Source: Camelus ferus (taxonomy: Eukaryota). Taken from it: a stretch of DNA of 64,000 nucleotides. Made by a program: the position numbers and the translations under genes. The stretch lies in NCBI RefSeq assembly GCF_009834535.1, contig NC_045698.1, forward strand, positions 2,358,001-2,422,000, read 5' to 3'. This document shows, piece by piece, positions 38,402 to 50,719 of the stretch (within the stretch, counting starts at the first letter, position 1; every line of letters starts with the position of its first letter). The notes below the pieces were generated by a model. It was not told where the DNA came from, ran no database searches, and worked only from the letters and a program-made list of their open reading frames with translations.

Positions 38402-40800
38402 TTTCATTAAATTGAAGTTTAGTTGATTCACATTATTATATTAGTTTCAAGTGTACAACATAGTGATTCACTAGTTTTATAGATTGTACTCCATCTAAAG
38501 TCATTGCAAAGCAATGGCTACCTTTCCCGTTGCTGTTCCATTTATCCTTGATGATTACTGATTTCATCTCTTACTCTCATACCGCTAACTGGTCCCTCCC
38601 TTTCTCTGCTGATAACCACTAATGTGTTCTCTATATGAGTATGTTTTCATTTTGTTATATTTATTCTTTCTATTTTTTTTAGATTTCACTTATAAGTGAT
38701 AACATGGAGTGTTTGCCTTCCCCTGTCTGACCTATTTCAATAAGCATAGTACCCTCCAGGTCCATTCATGTTGTTGCAAATGGCAACATTTCACTAGTTT
38801 TAAACATAAATATTGTGTATTTCATTATATACATATCCATATATCTATCACATCTTCTTTATCCATCCATCTGTTGACGGACACTTAGATTCTCCCATAT
38901 CTTGGCTTCTATGATGTTTCTACGAACATTGGAATGCGTCTATCTTTTCAAACTAGTGTTCTCATTTTCTTTGGATATATACACAAGAGTGGAACTGATG
39001 GATCATAGGGTAGTTCTATTTTTAGTCTTTTGAGAAACCTACATACTATTTTCCACAGTGGCTGCACCAATTCACATTCCCACCAAAAGTGTACAAAAAT
39101 TCCCTTTTCTCCACATCCTCACCAGCATTGGTTATTTGCGTTCTTTTTGATGATAGCCATTTTGGCACGTGTGAAGTGATATCTCACTGTAGTTTTGATT
39201 GGCATTTCTCTGATGATTAGTGATGCTGAGCATCTCTTCATGTGCCTGTTGGCATCTATATGTCTTCTTTGGAAAAATGTCTATACAGGTCTTTTGCCAA
39301 ATTTTTAATTGGGTTGTTCAGGATTTTTTTTTTTTTTTGATGTTAAGTTGTATGAGCTTTTCATAAATTTTAGATATTAACCCCTTATCAGTCATATCAG
39401 CTGCAAATATTTCTTTCTATTCAATAGCTTTTCTTCTTGTTTTGTTGATGGTTTCCTTGGTTGTGCAAAAGCTTTTAAGTTTAATTAGATTCCATTTGTT
39501 TATTTTTGCTTTTCTTTTCTTTGCCTTAGAAAACAGATACAAAAAAAAATGTTGCTATGAGTTTTGTCAAAGAGTGTTGTGCCTATGTTTTCTTCTAGGA
39601 GTTTTATAGTTTTCAGTCTTACATTTAGGTCTTTAATATATTTTGAATTTGTTTTTGCATATGGTGTTAGAGAATATTCTAATTTTAATCTTTTTACAGG
39701 TAGCTGTCCAGTTTTCCCAGCATCACTTACTACAGAGACTGTCTTCTCCATTGTATATTCTGGCCTCTATGTTGCAGAGTAATTGACCATAAGTGCATAG
39801 ACTTTTCCTGAGCTCTTCATTCTGTTCCATTGATCTACATGTCTGTTTTCTTGCCAGTATCATACTTCTTTTCATGAGCAAAAGGAAAATTTTATTTAAA
39901 AAATTATTAATTAAAAAAATTGAAGTACATACTGTTTTGATTATTGTAGCTTTGTAGTGTAGTCTGAAGTCAGGGATCATGGTACTTCCAGAGCTGTTTT
40001 TTCTTCTCAAGGTTTTTGGCTATTTGTGGTCTTTTGTGCTTCCATACACATTTTAAATTATTTAATCTAGTTCTGTGAAAAATGCCATTGGTATTTTGAT
40101 AGGGACTGCACTGAATCTGTAGGTGGCCTTGGATAGTATGGTTATTTAAGCAATTTCCAATCCATGAAAATTGTATATCTTTCCATCTGTTTATATGATC
40201 TTGAATTTTTTTCATCAGTGTCTTATAGTTTTCCATGTACAGGTCTTTAAACTCTTTAAGTAGGTTTATTCCTAGGTATTTTATTATTTTTGATGCAATG
40301 GTAAATGGGATTGTTTCCTTGATTTCTCATTCTGATAGTTAATTGTTAGTGTATAGAAATGCAATAGATTTCTGTGTGTTAATTTTTTATCCTGCGACTT
40401 TACCAAACTCACTGATGAGCTCTAGGAGGTTCTTGATTGTGTCCTCAGGATTTTTTATGTATAGCATCATGTCATCAGCAAACAGTGACAGTTTTACTTC
40501 TTCTTTTCCAATTTGGTTATCTTTTCCCTTTCTTTTCGCTGTGACTAGAACTTATAAAATGTTGAATAAAAGTGATAAGAAGGGACATCTTTGTCTTATC
40601 CTGATGTTAGAGGAAATGCTTTCAGCTTTTCACCATTAATTATGATGTTAGCCATGGGCTTGTCATATATGGCCTTTATTATGTTGAGGTATGTTCTCTC
40701 TATACCCACTTTCTGGAGAGTTTTATCATAAATGGATGTTGAATTTTGTCAAAAGTTTTTCTGCATCTATTGAAATAATCATATAGTTTTTATTCTTCAA
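38402..40800 (-). mobile_element. 5'-truncated L1, ~2.4 kb, disrupted ORF2
   Basis: ORF2p-like fragments ENYKTLMKKI..RWKDI..SWIG, PDFRLHYKATIIKTV and [30 protein letters not shown]; 3' terminus aattgaagtttagttgatt. Confidence 0.95.
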
Positions 40801-41788
40801 CTTGTCTTTCCTTCTGTGTTTCTATTTTCCATTCATGGTCTTTCCATTCATTCAACCAGTCAATCTATCTGTTCAAATATCCATGAACCATGAAGTTCTT
40901 AGTTGGCTCATTCTTAAAAATGACTCCAGGAAACAAGACCCCTGCAATCAAATGACCAATTTTATTGATGGCACAAATATTTTCAATGGGACAAATATTC
41001 AAGATTCCCACTGAATTTACATTTCCTCATGGGATGGAATTGCATGGAAGATCGTTCACAGTAAGTTTTTTCACTCTATCAGTCCCTGACTACTTACCTC
41101 TGTTGGATACATTTTCCTCTGTTTCTGTGATCTAGATCTACAAGTCATTAGGGGCACAAATGGAAATTAAACTCCCAAACTGCCGAACATTAAAAACAAA
41201 TTTGTATTTTTTTCATGGAGTTAGTTGATTGCTTTAAATCTGAAATTCTTTACTCTATGCTCTTCTTTGTGAAAAATGGTATTTTAGGAATATGAGGAGA
41301 ACTAATTAATTCACAGATAAGGTTTTTATCTGACTCCTCTAGGGCAGTACTGTGGGGGTTCTTCTCTTTTATTTTTATTAGAGAGGCATTTGGACACAAC
41401 TTTTTCAGCGTTAGCAGCAGAATGACCAGTGCATGTCAACTATGGGGTCCCAGCCCCATTTATCTGAGACATGGGGAAGTAAGGGGCTCTGACAGACACA
41501 GAGCATCCTCTTCTCAGTTTCAGATGGGATTCCGTCTGGAGCAGCTCCTGGATCGCCTCCAGAGCAGTCGCTGCTTTGTCTCCTGATCACTTAATCCATC
41601 AGAGGGAGGCCTAGTGACGCAAAACATCTCATACTTTCAAGTGCTTCCAGATAGGAGAGCAACCCCATCATTTCGGTTCTTTGTGGGTCTGGTCTCTTCA
41701 AGAAGATAATGTGAAATAAAAACCAGCTGAGTTTAGCATGCCAATCAAGCAATTTGTATTTAGAAAACTTAAAAATATATTTAAACCA

Positions 41789-41933
41789 GCGGGGAGGGTC
41801 TAGCTCAAGTGGTAGAGTGCATGCTTAGCATGCACGAGGTCCTGGGTTCAATCCCCAGTACCTCCACCAAAGGGCTAAATAAATAAATAAACCTAATTAC
41901 CTCTCCCTGCAAATAAATAAATAATAAATACAT
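41789..41933 (+). mobile_element. vic-1-type SINE, best-preserved copy
   Basis: GGGGAGGGTCTAGCTCAAGTGGTAGAGTGCATGCTTAGCATGCACGAGGTCCTGGGTTCAATCCCCAGTACCTCCA, (aaat)n, aaacctaattacctctccc, tail; perfect 14-bp TSD atatatttaaacca at 41775 and 41934. Confidence 0.95.
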
Positions 41934-41989
41934 ATATATTTAAACCAATTCAGCTTTTACTAGCATATGAACAGTTTTGGAAATGAGGA

Positions 41990-42165
41990 AGGAGCCAGAC
42001 TCTGGCTGTATGTCCTGTCCTTACCATCCAGCTGGTGGAGGGAAGTCCCAGGACCGTCAGTTTCCTCGTATGTAAAATGGGACAGTAGATGAGAGCCTGT
42101 TGTAGGTGTTGTGAGGATGGGCAGGAACACTTACAGAAAGTTTTATAAAGTTGCCAGGCTCAGGA
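41990..42165 (+). mobile_element. MIR fragment
   Basis: tcagtttcctcgtatgtaaaatgggacagta...gttgtgaggat. Confidence 0.7.
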
Positions 42166-43049
42166 TGAATATCTGGAAAGTCCCCTTTGTGGTATTAGGG
42201 TACAAAAAATGTTTGGAAGGAGTCTAGCGGAGTGGAGAGTTTCATCCACTCGTGGACAGCTTAGTTACTGAGAAGTTCATGCTGTGAGGACCTGTCCAGG
42301 GAGCACTTGTGGGGCTCCGTGGAACTTCACAACCCCTCGCTTGGAGGACCGCTGTCCCCAGGACCCCAGGATCCCTGTGTTGCCAGCTAAAGGTATTTGT
42401 TTGCACCCTGCTGCCCAAGGGTGGAAAGGACACTTCTAACACCAAGGCTGAGTGCTGTGAGCATCAGTGGCCAGGGGGAAGTCAGTACCTCCACCAGGTA
42501 AAAAGTTGGTTTGGAATGACCACATCTTTTCCCTGTGGTGCCCGGGCCCCCAGAGGGGCGCAGGGCCCTGCCCCAGGCCGGGAGAGCTTGGCTGCTCCCC
42601 GGGTGGTGGGCTGATGGCTTTTTAATTGGACCCCAAGTCTGTTGACATAAAGGAAGAGTCAACAGTCATCCAGTTTGGAGGGGGCGGAGGGCAAGGAATT
42701 ATTTTGCATTTTAATGCTTCCAGGGAGCTCTTCTTAGCTTTCCCTTCTAATTTTATTTTCCTTTCCTGTTCGGGCGGCCTCGAGAAGCTTAGAAATGGTC
42801 TTAGAGTCTCTATAACAGTGAGTTTTTTCCCTGAGTTAATTTTGGCAGGACGAGAGTTGTTTTAGTCTCACTTTGGTTGATAAATGACACGTTTTAATTT
42901 TACGTTGTGGGGAATTGATTCAAGATGACTTGTAACGTTCGGAACAATGGTGCCTACTGTGATTCTTGTTTTGACTAGTCAGAGTCATTCTTCTGTGAGA
43001 TAGTGAGACCTTCGCATTTAGATTATGTTACAGGGAACTCATGTCTAAT

Positions 43050-43300
43050 CATGGCGACCGGCGCGGGTCGCTCCCGGAGCCCTCGGACAGAATTTCGATT
43101 GCAGCGCGCCACTCACTGCCCGGGTGACATGGGGCACATGCCCTCGGCTCTCCGGTGTCGGCTTCCTCCCCTGTAAGGTGGAGTCGGGGTCGCCAGGCAG
43201 GCCTCGGTGAGGAGCCAGTGGGCTGATGCGCGAAGCGCTCACCCGGGAGCTGGGGCCTGGCCCGCGCCCGCGCCCGCGGCGGTGGGCGTTGCAGCCACGG
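43050..43300. promoter_or_regulatory. Small CpG island-like element
   Basis: About 30 CpG in 250 bp by hand count, sharply bounded by AT-rich DNA upstream; cccgcgcccgcgcccgcggc tract. Confidence 0.6.
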
Positions 43301-44011
43301 GTGGTCTTTGGGTTAGGGCTTCTTTGTCTTCACGGGCCAGTCTCTGTCTCTGCCTCTGTCTCTTTCTAGGACTCTCTCTTTCTCTCTTTCTCAACTGTAC
43401 TGGTTCCCGTGGGTGCTCAGAGGCTGGTGGGGCTCTGCAGAGAAGCCAGGGACACATCCTGAACGCAACATATTGGTGGAGCCAGCACTGGAGCCAGGGT
43501 GCTGATTTCCCTAGGACCTTGAAGCCAGGAATCAAGCCTCAGAGTACTGAAACTGGTGGCCTCCATTCAATTGGAAGATTCTCTCATAAAAACTATTTAA
43601 AATACTTATGATTGCATTTGACAGATTCCTTTGTGTTTTAAATCCAACTTAAATTCAGTTATCTGCCTGTATGAACTCACAGCCCCCCTCACATGCAGGA
43701 CCAAGGGCCAGTGTCCTGTGTTAGGCTCACCCAACGCCCAGAGCGGGCCTCGTGCTGATCACGAGGACGTCTCTGTGCCGAGTGAACCCCTCCCAGAGGC
43801 CAGGTCCACGCCTCTGCTCCAGCGGCCGCTCTTCCAGCTGCGTGACCCAATTTACATGATGGTTTTTTGGGAGAAAGGGCAGAAAGGGGCAGGAGGTCGC
43901 ATCTCTTCCTCCCCTGGGGCATGGAGACAGCGGGCCCCCTCCCCCTTCACTCAGCGGGAGGAGGACAGAGGGAGAGTGCGAGAGCAATTTACAATGTGGA
44001 AAATGCAAGAT

Positions 44012-44089
44012 GGTGTGTATAGCTCAGGGGTGGAGCACATACTTAGCATGCATGAGGTCCTGGATTCAATCCCCAGTCCCTCCACCAAA

Positions 44090-44125
<36 letters not shown>

Positions 44126-44172
44126 ATATATATACACCCCCCCACGCACATATATATATATATATAATAAAA
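44012..44172 (+). mobile_element. vic-1-type SINE whose tail has become (CA)n and (TA)n microsatellites
   Basis: gtatagctcaggggtggagcacatacttagcatgcatgaggtcctggattcaatcccc then (ca)n, ccccccc, (ta)n. Confidence 0.9.
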
Positions 44173-45744
44173 TGTAAAAAATATAGCTTCAGTGTAAGTC
44201 ATTGCTTTTACCAAGCTCTGTTGTTCATGGACGTCAACCTTCAGGCCCCGTGAGCTCAGACTTTTTATTGCATGAATCTCCTCGTGTATCTTGTGTAACT
44301 CTTACATGAGAGGCACAAAGAGGGTCAGACAGTGAAAACCTCCCAAGAACAAGGCAGAGTTTGACGCTCGTTCAGCACTGAGAAGGTGGGCGCTGCCGGG
44401 CACCCCCGTCACTCCAGCCCGCGTGTGAGGTCTGCTCCTGACGTGGACGTGGGATGAATGAGAGGCTCCAGCATCGTGATGCGAGGAGCGTGCTCCAGGC
44501 CTAACCCCGCAGCCCCGCCGTGCGCGCTGGCTGGGCGCTGCCTGCTGGGTCCGGGTCCCCCCGTGAGACGCTCAGGCAGGCTGGTCTGGCCTCCTGTGCT
44601 CTGAGGCTGAAGTCTGGGCAGCTAGGCTGCGATGGCTGTGTCAGTCCCAGCTCATCAGAAATTGAGGTTGTCCCTTGGGGTTTCAATTTTGACCAAGTGA
44701 AATGTCAACTTTTTTTTTTTTTTTTTATCATTATCAGGAAGCCTTTTAATAGATTTCCACCAGTAGACCTCAGGTCACAGGAAGAAATACAGAGCAGAAA
44801 GATTAGACCAAGACTCTCATTTGGCTTTGCTGAAACCGGTTATAGCCACCCTATAAATAGGCAGCCCTGTGCAACCTTGAGCCTTTTGAAAACCTGACCA
44901 TCACCTCCACTCATGGTGCTTGGGGAAATCTTTGCTAACAGAATGTCATGAGGCTTGTGGATTTTCAGAAGGGCTGGAAAAATGGCTCCTCCTCTTCTCC
45001 AGCCTAGCTGTCCTCCATCCAATGCCTGCTTCCTCCTTCCTCCCAGCTGGGAATGGTCCAGGGTCCAGTTCAGCCAGGCTGAGTCGAGGATGGGAGCTGA
45101 GCACCATGGAAAGACCTACCCCCGTGAGCCACCGTCGGCCTGGGCTGGGAGAACCCCCCCTCCCCGGGGACTTCAGGCACCCAGAGCTCAGGAGCCTTTC
45201 CCTCATGAACAGCCCTGCACCACGGGCGGGAGGCGCCCAAGGCCAAGGCCTCATGTGTGCCTCCTCGGTGCATCTCGTCCTCACGCCCCGCCTGCTGTTC
45301 TCCAGCCCGGGGGCCCTCTCTTTAACCTGGCTACTACTGAACATCCATTTTAAATTCTTCCAGCTGAACTCATTTTGCATTTCTGACTTGAATGCAACAT
45401 CTTAAGGAGACACCCATATGTTGTAATATTTTTTCTTCTTTTTTTCTCTTCCCCCTGCAGCACTGAGCTCCACACCCATACTAGAGGATGCCTTTTTGTG
45501 TTGTTAATTTATTTACTGAAATGTAACAGGTAGTCAAAAGAATCAATATAATACAAAGGAGGGGGAGTAAAACAAACACCTTTGAGCGCGTATCACAGTT
45601 TAAGAACCAGGAGTGCCGGCACCTTTGATGGCTCCTGCTTTTCTTCTCTGATCCTGCCCACATCCCGGCTTCCATCTTGAATTCCGTGGCTGTAGTTCCC
45701 TGGAGCTCCCTGCACGCAGTTCTGTCGCACAGGGATCTAACCTC

Positions 45745-47580
45745 AGCCGCAGACTGCTTACTTTTGCATGTTTTCACTCCATGCAGATGAAGGTCCGTTC
45801 TAGTCAGTCTTTGTGGCCTGCCTTTTTCATTCAGCGTTGTGTTTCAGGGGCTCATCTACGTGGGGCTGGGCTGGAGTTCAGTCATTTCACTCTGTGTGCC
45901 GTTTCTTCTCATGAAAATTCTGCAGCGTAGCCGTCCTCTGGTCCTTTGACGTTCAGCTTGTTTTAATTTTTGCTACAACAAACATTCTTCTAGAAACTTT
46001 CTTGTACGTGTCTCCTGAAGCAGGTGTGAGAGTTTCTCAGGGTGCCCGCGACTAGGAGCGCACTTACCGGGTGGGTGGGTACTGACCAGCTTTACAGAAA
46101 GGCCGGACCAGCCGTCTCTGCGCGAGGGCTTCCGTCGCTGCGCTGTCGTCGCCAGTAACTGGTCTCGGATGGATCGGCTGCTCCAATCGGATACTGATAC
46201 GCATTGCTCTCTTTGAGGTTTTAATTTGTAAACGCACTGGTGCTGAGTGTCTTTTCATGTGTTCGTTTTTGTGTGTGTGTGTTTCTTCTGCTGTGAGCTG
46301 CCTTTTCATAATTTCACTTATTTTCCTAAGTTATTTCTTTATGTACTAGAAGAATCTTACATTCAGTTGGGGTGAGTGTAGCTCAGTGGTAGAGTGTGTT
46401 CTTAGCAGGCATGAGGTCCTAGGTTCAATCCCCAGCACCGCCATTAAAAAAAAAAAAAGTTAAAAGTAAAGAGGTTTACATTCAGTATCTAGACTTAGAA
46501 AATCCAAGCCCTGACGTTTTGTTGTTGTCTGCATTGTCAATAGCTTCTGTCAGTTTTCCGCACCTTTCCCTCAATTTTTACATAGGGCTTTTTGGAAATT
46601 TTAATTTTAATGCAGCCTAACTGATATATATTTTCTTCTAAAATGTTATTTTTTTCTCTTTGTTAAAAAATCTTTTCCTGCATTAAAGTCGTAAGAGATA
46701 CCCTGCCTATGTCAATTTCTACTCTACCTCGTCTGTAACTGGTTTTTGTATGTGATTAATTACTCCGTGTAGATGGCCGTTTCGGCAACATCTTACTGAA
46801 TAGTTCTTTAATCTACTGATGAGTAAAGGCACGTCTGCCGCGGTCTTCCCTGTGTGTGTGCAGGGCTTTTTCTGGACTCTCTTCTGTCACAGAGCTGTAC
46901 TGAAGTCCACTGCGAATCCCACAAACTCCTTACTGCTGTGGTTACATCCTGGTATCTGGACACCACGGTCTTCTCCTTTAGGACTAGCCTCTGTGTGGTG
47001 TTGGTCTTTCGAAATGTTTGATGCTTGTTATGTAGCCCATTACTTGGTCAAACCTTATGAATCACGCCGTTCAAATTTAATTTGCTGTTCAAATTGCATG
47101 CATATTGAAGGTTTTGGGGACAGTTTTAGTTTGATCTTTCAATTGCTGGGAAAAGCATATTATAATCTCTCTCACGGTAGAAACTTCAGTTTGACTTTAT
47201 TTATTTATTGTTTTGCTTTAATTTGGAGCTATGCAACTAAGTTTATACAAGATTAGAATTTATATCTCTTCCTGTTGAGTTAAATGTTTGAAATCTCTAC
47301 AGCTGAGGTGTGCACTCGTGTTGCCGTTCTCTTTAACACCTGTTTTGCTCTCTGTTAATATCATCGTATCTGCTTTACGTGTGTTAGTGATTGGCCTGTT
47401 ACTCTTCTAATTTTTTAACTTTCAAACTTTCTATATGTTTTCTTAAATGATGCATATTTTAAAAATCACATTGATAACTTTCATTATATCTAATCTGGAT
47501 TGTGTGTCTTTAAGAGGTTTGCATTTCTTAGGATTTCTATCTGATACACTTGGATTTGTATCTCCTAAGTACTTTCTATT
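45745..47580 (-). mobile_element. Ancient L1 (L1ME-type) remnants, interrupted by a SINE
   Basis: tctttgtggcctgcctttttcattcagcgttgtgttt...ttttgctacaacaaac...cttgtacgtgtctcct...gtgagagtttctcagg...gttttaatttg. Confidence 0.6.
46369..46470 (+). mobile_element. vic-1-type SINE, short form with poly(A)
   Basis: gtgtagctcagtggtagagtg...gaggtcctaggttcaatcccc, A13; TSD core ttacattcagt at 46357 and 46476. Confidence 0.92.
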
Positions 47581-50500
47581 TGGTAGAAACAGAAAGAGAT
47601 GATGACTGGCGGTCATTTTCAAAGACGGTAAAAGACGAAAATCTTGACATTAAGGAAGCTCAATGAACCCTCAGTTCGCTGGCTTTTGACACAAAAATAC
47701 TGAATTCTGACATGAGGCTGAGGCAGGTCTTCCAAGCTCTGGCCGACCTAAACGTCGTATGATCGTCAGGGCACAGAGTTGGGTGTCAGCCTAGGAGGTC
47801 CCGAAGAGAAAGCGTGGAAATCTCTTGCTTTGGTTCATGTGAAATTATTCTTCAAGCTGGAATTTCTCAGAAGCGACATCTGTGGAGTTTGCTGGTGCGT
47901 TCACTGTTCAAAAACCAGGAAAGCAGGTGCCGCGCCTTCCGTCTCTGAGCAGCCCGGCAACTCTCCCTGACCTCCCACTCAGAGCACAGAAACCCCCGCA
48001 GAAAGGCAGTGTCTTTCCCCAAACTGTCCCTCACTACCTTCTGATTAGGGCCAAGAATGGAAATGCCTTCAACCACCAAATAATGCTTGCTTACTGGTAA
48101 ACGTCAGGTAGAGTTTGGATCTAGATGCAGAAAATACCAGATTTCTTTCCCCTCTCAGAGAACATAGCCTTTATCACACAATTATTCCTTGACTACTTGG
48201 TCTATGTTAGTGCAAAGCTGGGTTCCTGGCTAATCTGGGTCTGAAAGCCCGTGGGGTCAGTTGGCACAGACATCCCCTTTGACTGGCGTCGCCTGTGCCC
48301 AGAGCAATCGCAGTTTCCCTCGAGTCAGTGCCGCCTGCACCCATCACGCCCCGCGTGGGAGCCGCGGCACAGCTGCCGGCTAATTGGGCATCGGGGACCA
48401 TCAGGAGTCTTCATTATGTGGAAGTGCCTACGTAGCATCTGTTCCACATCCCTGTTCTTCAGGGCTGCTTTGTAGTTGCCGTGTCTTCAGGGACCTTCAA
48501 AACAAGAAGCAAAGAAATTCAATATGAACCACACTTCACGTAAAGCCCTTTAAACCCATCAGGTGAGTGTGGCCTGGATCTGGGTTAGCCCGAGCCTTAG
48601 TGAGGGGAGGCACGCTTACCCACCGTGCTCCCACCGGCTTTAATGTAAACACTAATCATAGCCCCTCCGTTTCTTCTACTTCCAACACTAAGTATAACTT
48701 AAGAACACGTTACGTACCGAGGCCAGCTGCTAATGGACCTCTGACTCCACCTAACACTCGAATTTTAATCCCGGGGTTTAGGTACACAGAACAGCGCATG
48801 AGCACTTTGGTTTGGTATGATTTTTTTTGCCCTTGAAATGGGGCATTCCTTCCCAAGAAAGGGACGATTCTAGGGGGAAAGTGGAAAGAATGGTGTTACT
48901 GGCAGAGATGGGTTAGGGGTCGCCACCCGGAGTGGGAAGCTGGCACCCACACTGTCACCGGGAGCTGGGGTCCACACTCCCAGCCCTGGGCTCTGGGGAG
49001 GACGTGGTGTCCTGTGCCTTGTGTGGGGTGGATTGCATTGATATCTGGCCACAGTTGGGGGGTCATGTTAACCAGCATCTGTCCTGCCTGGGCTCTGATG
49101 GAAGGAGCGTGGGGATGATGGTGGCCTTGGAGGCGGTGCAGATTCTGTTGAAAGGCACATCTGTATGGATGGGGGTCACCCAGGCTGGAGGCCTGGGGAG
49201 GGGGAGAGACCCCCAAAGGTCCCTGGGGGAGCTCAGTGCGGGTTCAAGCTCCTTTTGCATGGGTTCCAGGAAGTTCAGCTCTTCCAGCAGCTCCCACCTC
49301 AGGCCCGTCTTTCAATCTCAGCCACCTGCCCAGGAACCTCAGGCTCAGAGCCTGACACCAAAGATGTGTTAGCAGCTTCCGCAACGGCATCAAGTCAAAT
49401 CTTTGTGAGAAATTCTTAATACTACATCATGTCTAGTGGTTTCGCTATGACTGAACCCTGGTGAATAGACTGCGGGGTGAGTGTGAGTGCATGATGTGTG
49501 TCTGTGCAGTGCAGGGCTGCTAAGCACTTTCCTGGTTCTTTTCAGGTTGTTTGAACCTTCTGTACTTTTAACCTTTGTATCTTGATTTTTGTGGAGATTC
49601 TGAGCAAAGGCCTGTGCATCTGCCTTTTCGTCAGCTCTAGGTGCTCAGGCCAGCCTGTCCACCATCCCTGGGGTGAGAGGACCTGGGGTGCCAGGCTGAC
49701 AGGCAGAGCAAGGAACACATTTGTTTTCACACTTTCTTTCTGCTGGAACGAGCATGACCTGGGAGCCCCAAGGACATAGGCCTGAACCAAAGAATAAAAG
49801 TAGCAAAAAAATAACAAATTAAGATATATATTAAGGAAGAATACAGATGCTATTACATGAGAAATTAATGGCCTGTAAAATGAAGAACTAAAACACCAAG
49901 AGACAAGACTTGTGAGCAAAAAAGATCTGAGAGATCTGCTAGGAAACATTGGTGTTCCAGAGGCAGAAACGGGGTATGTGGGAAAAGTATTTAAGCTAAT
50001 GATAGATGGGAATTTCTGAGCTGAGAAGATGCGCACATTTTTTGATTGTAATAGTGAATGAATGCATAGACCTAGACATCTCTAAAATTAAGGAAAAGTT
50101 CTAATAAGCTTCTAGGCTCAATGACTCAGTCATTAACAAAACAGAGGCATCACATCGCCATCAGTTCTCTCAAGTACAAGCAGAGCAAATGAAACACAGG
50201 GAAACACTGCACAACATAGCTGTGTCAGTTACAGGTGGCTCAGCCTGTAACTGACCCAGCCGAGCTATCACTGACCTGACAAGGGGAAAGATGTTCCTAG
50301 ATACATGCCTGTCAGAATGTACAAACTGGAGTCTGTATGAGGAAGGTATTGAAGAGGCCTCTAGATGGACCACAAACACATTGGGTCAGATTTGGAGAGA
50401 GCAGAAATGGCCAGCGCTACTCCACGCTGAGCCTTCGCAGGCGTCTCTCTGCATGATCATGCGCTACCCGGCAGTGTGCAATTAAAGGGTAAGTTATGTG

Positions 50501-50686
50501 TCTGGGAATGGAAGAGACACACCTCCAGGGAAATTCTTCTAGCAATCTGGAGTAAAATCGACTAAATTCTGTAACCAAAAGCTAGAAGTAATGATGTTCC
50601 AAAGAATACATCTTAGGGTAGACGGGGAACCGTGCTGAAGTGAAAACACTTTAAACATGTCAACACAACATTTTATGTGAGCAGAC

Positions 50687-50688
<2 letters not shown>

Positions 50689-50717
<29 letters not shown>
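50689..50717. repeat. (TG)n microsatellite
   Basis: Uninterrupted tg run of ~14 units. Confidence 0.95.

Positions 50718-50719
<2 letters not shown>

Noticed and set aside
38402..40800. Reverse-transcriptase-related ORFs suggesting an active retroelement or retron-like system
   Set aside because: Frameshifted, stop-interrupted, 5'-truncated L1 ORF2 remnants
41791..41868. Apparent tRNA-Ala(AGC) gene (also 32471, 694, 46369)
   Set aside because: Extra 5' G-run, imperfect acceptor stem, A-rich tails and TSDs show these are SINE copies
45098..45118. REST/RE1-like ctgagcaccatggaaagacc
   Set aside because: Mismatches in both half-sites
49800..50120. Possible HAL1/L1 ORF1-type remnant, with an MLT2-like LTR end at ~49400-49470
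   Set aside because: Too degenerate to call without an alignment
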